A DNA stretch of 64,000 bases from assembly GCA_951406725.2 (NCBI GenBank), contig OX597815.1:122202001-122266000 (forward strand), read 5' to 3'. This document shows positions 1 through 64,000 of this stretch, piece after piece. The position numbers and the translations under genes were made by a program. The notes below the pieces were generated by a model. It was not told the origin of the DNA and searched no databases. It was given only the letters and a program-made list of their open reading frames with translations. Source of the DNA: Octopus vulgaris. Taxonomy: Eukaryota. Positions within the stretch are counted from its first letter, which is position 1. Each line of letters begins with the position of its first letter.

Positions 1-270
1 GAAAGATCACACAAAGAATTAGGCCAAGCTCAAAAGAATTGAACAGCAAACTACAAAGAAGATAGAAGTACATTAACCACTCTTTGAGGAAAGATCCTTA
101 CAACAATTGTATGATAGCCATGGAATGGGCCTCTGATAGAAGAAAGAAGCACAGAAGACCCAAGAACACCTGCAGAAGAAGTGCTGAAAAAAAGAGAGGA
201 AGACTACTGGATGGGGAATGTGGGATCAGCTGTGAACCAGGCAGCTTGAAGGGAGAGAGTAAAAACCATA
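1..270 (+). mobile_element. Degenerate RTE-clade LINE 3' end
   Basis: Decayed LRKDP..CMIAMEWA....RRPKNT.RR, typical of the RTE ORF C-terminus. Confidence 0.5.
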
Positions 271-933
271 TGTGCCACCTGGGCAAGAAATGGAAAGAAC
301 AGTAGAAGTCACTTACCAAAAGAGCTGAAAGGTTGAGATTCAACATAGAACCATGTGGATGTCATATAGACTTGTTTACTATTCACAAAAACACACACAG
401 TGAAGCAAGTAAAAAGTCAGAGATAAAAACAAAGTTGATACAGATATGTTCCGCCAATTCTGTTCAGATTTTGACAGCACAATAAAACTGGTAAGAATAA
501 ACTTTCAATGATGCCTCAATAGGCCATCAAATGATTGAATGCATGTGTGAAAGCCTATCACACTATATTAATTAATACAATTTGGTATTGTCTCAGCTAG
601 TATCAATTCTCTTGTTCTTAAGTAACAAAATTAGAGACTTCATGTTTACATCCTCTGAGCAACCAAATCTGTGCATATATTTACACTAGGATTTATAGTT
701 ATCTCAGGTATGAATCAGCTTCAAATGTATTCATACTATTCAATTATAAAATAATTCATGAAACAATTTTATTTAGGTGTAATTCTTTTTTTTATCAATT
801 CAACAGAATAAAAATCCAACATTAAACCTGGCTTCAGTCATTACTAAGCTAGTTTCCAAAGTAACATAGTGATCATACACATAAAATACATTGATTGAAA
901 TTAATTTATTTAGAGGAAAATAAAATTGCTTAC

Positions 934-63952
<63,019 letters not shown>

Positions 63953-64000
63953 CTGTAGAAATGATAAGTAAAAGTATTAGAACAATATATACTATGTACA

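Overview
This is AT-rich, microsatellite-dense eukaryotic DNA. Its SINE/LINE repertoire suggests a coleoid cephalopod, probably Octopus (inference). The window holds part of one large minus-strand gene (or two adjacent genes) encoding a twitchin/MLCK-family muscle kinase. I reconstructed 17 phase-compatible GT-AG exons (about 2.96 kb of coding sequence) reading Fn3-Fn3-Fn3-Ig-Ig-Fn3-linker-kinase-regulatory tail-Ig, open at both window ends. There are also two candidate alternative exons, a terminal exon at ~59.8 kb and a possible start exon at ~37.15 kb, which could split the locus. The introns are filled with transposons: RTE LINEs (one with an open RT ORF carrying an embedded PHD-type finger and a quadruplicated 3' end), a stack of five R4/Dong-like LINE 3' ends in (TAA)n, maT (DD37D) mariner relics, MITEs, tRNA-derived SINEs, two long fold-back structures and a decayed Penelope-type hammerhead ribozyme. 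There are no prokaryotic features, CRISPR arrays, rRNA or bona fide tRNA genes. Most short ORFs in the supplied track are microsatellite or TE artefacts. I see no clearly new biological system. The best leads are the divergent twitchin-like kinase with its isoform structure and the retroelement oddities.
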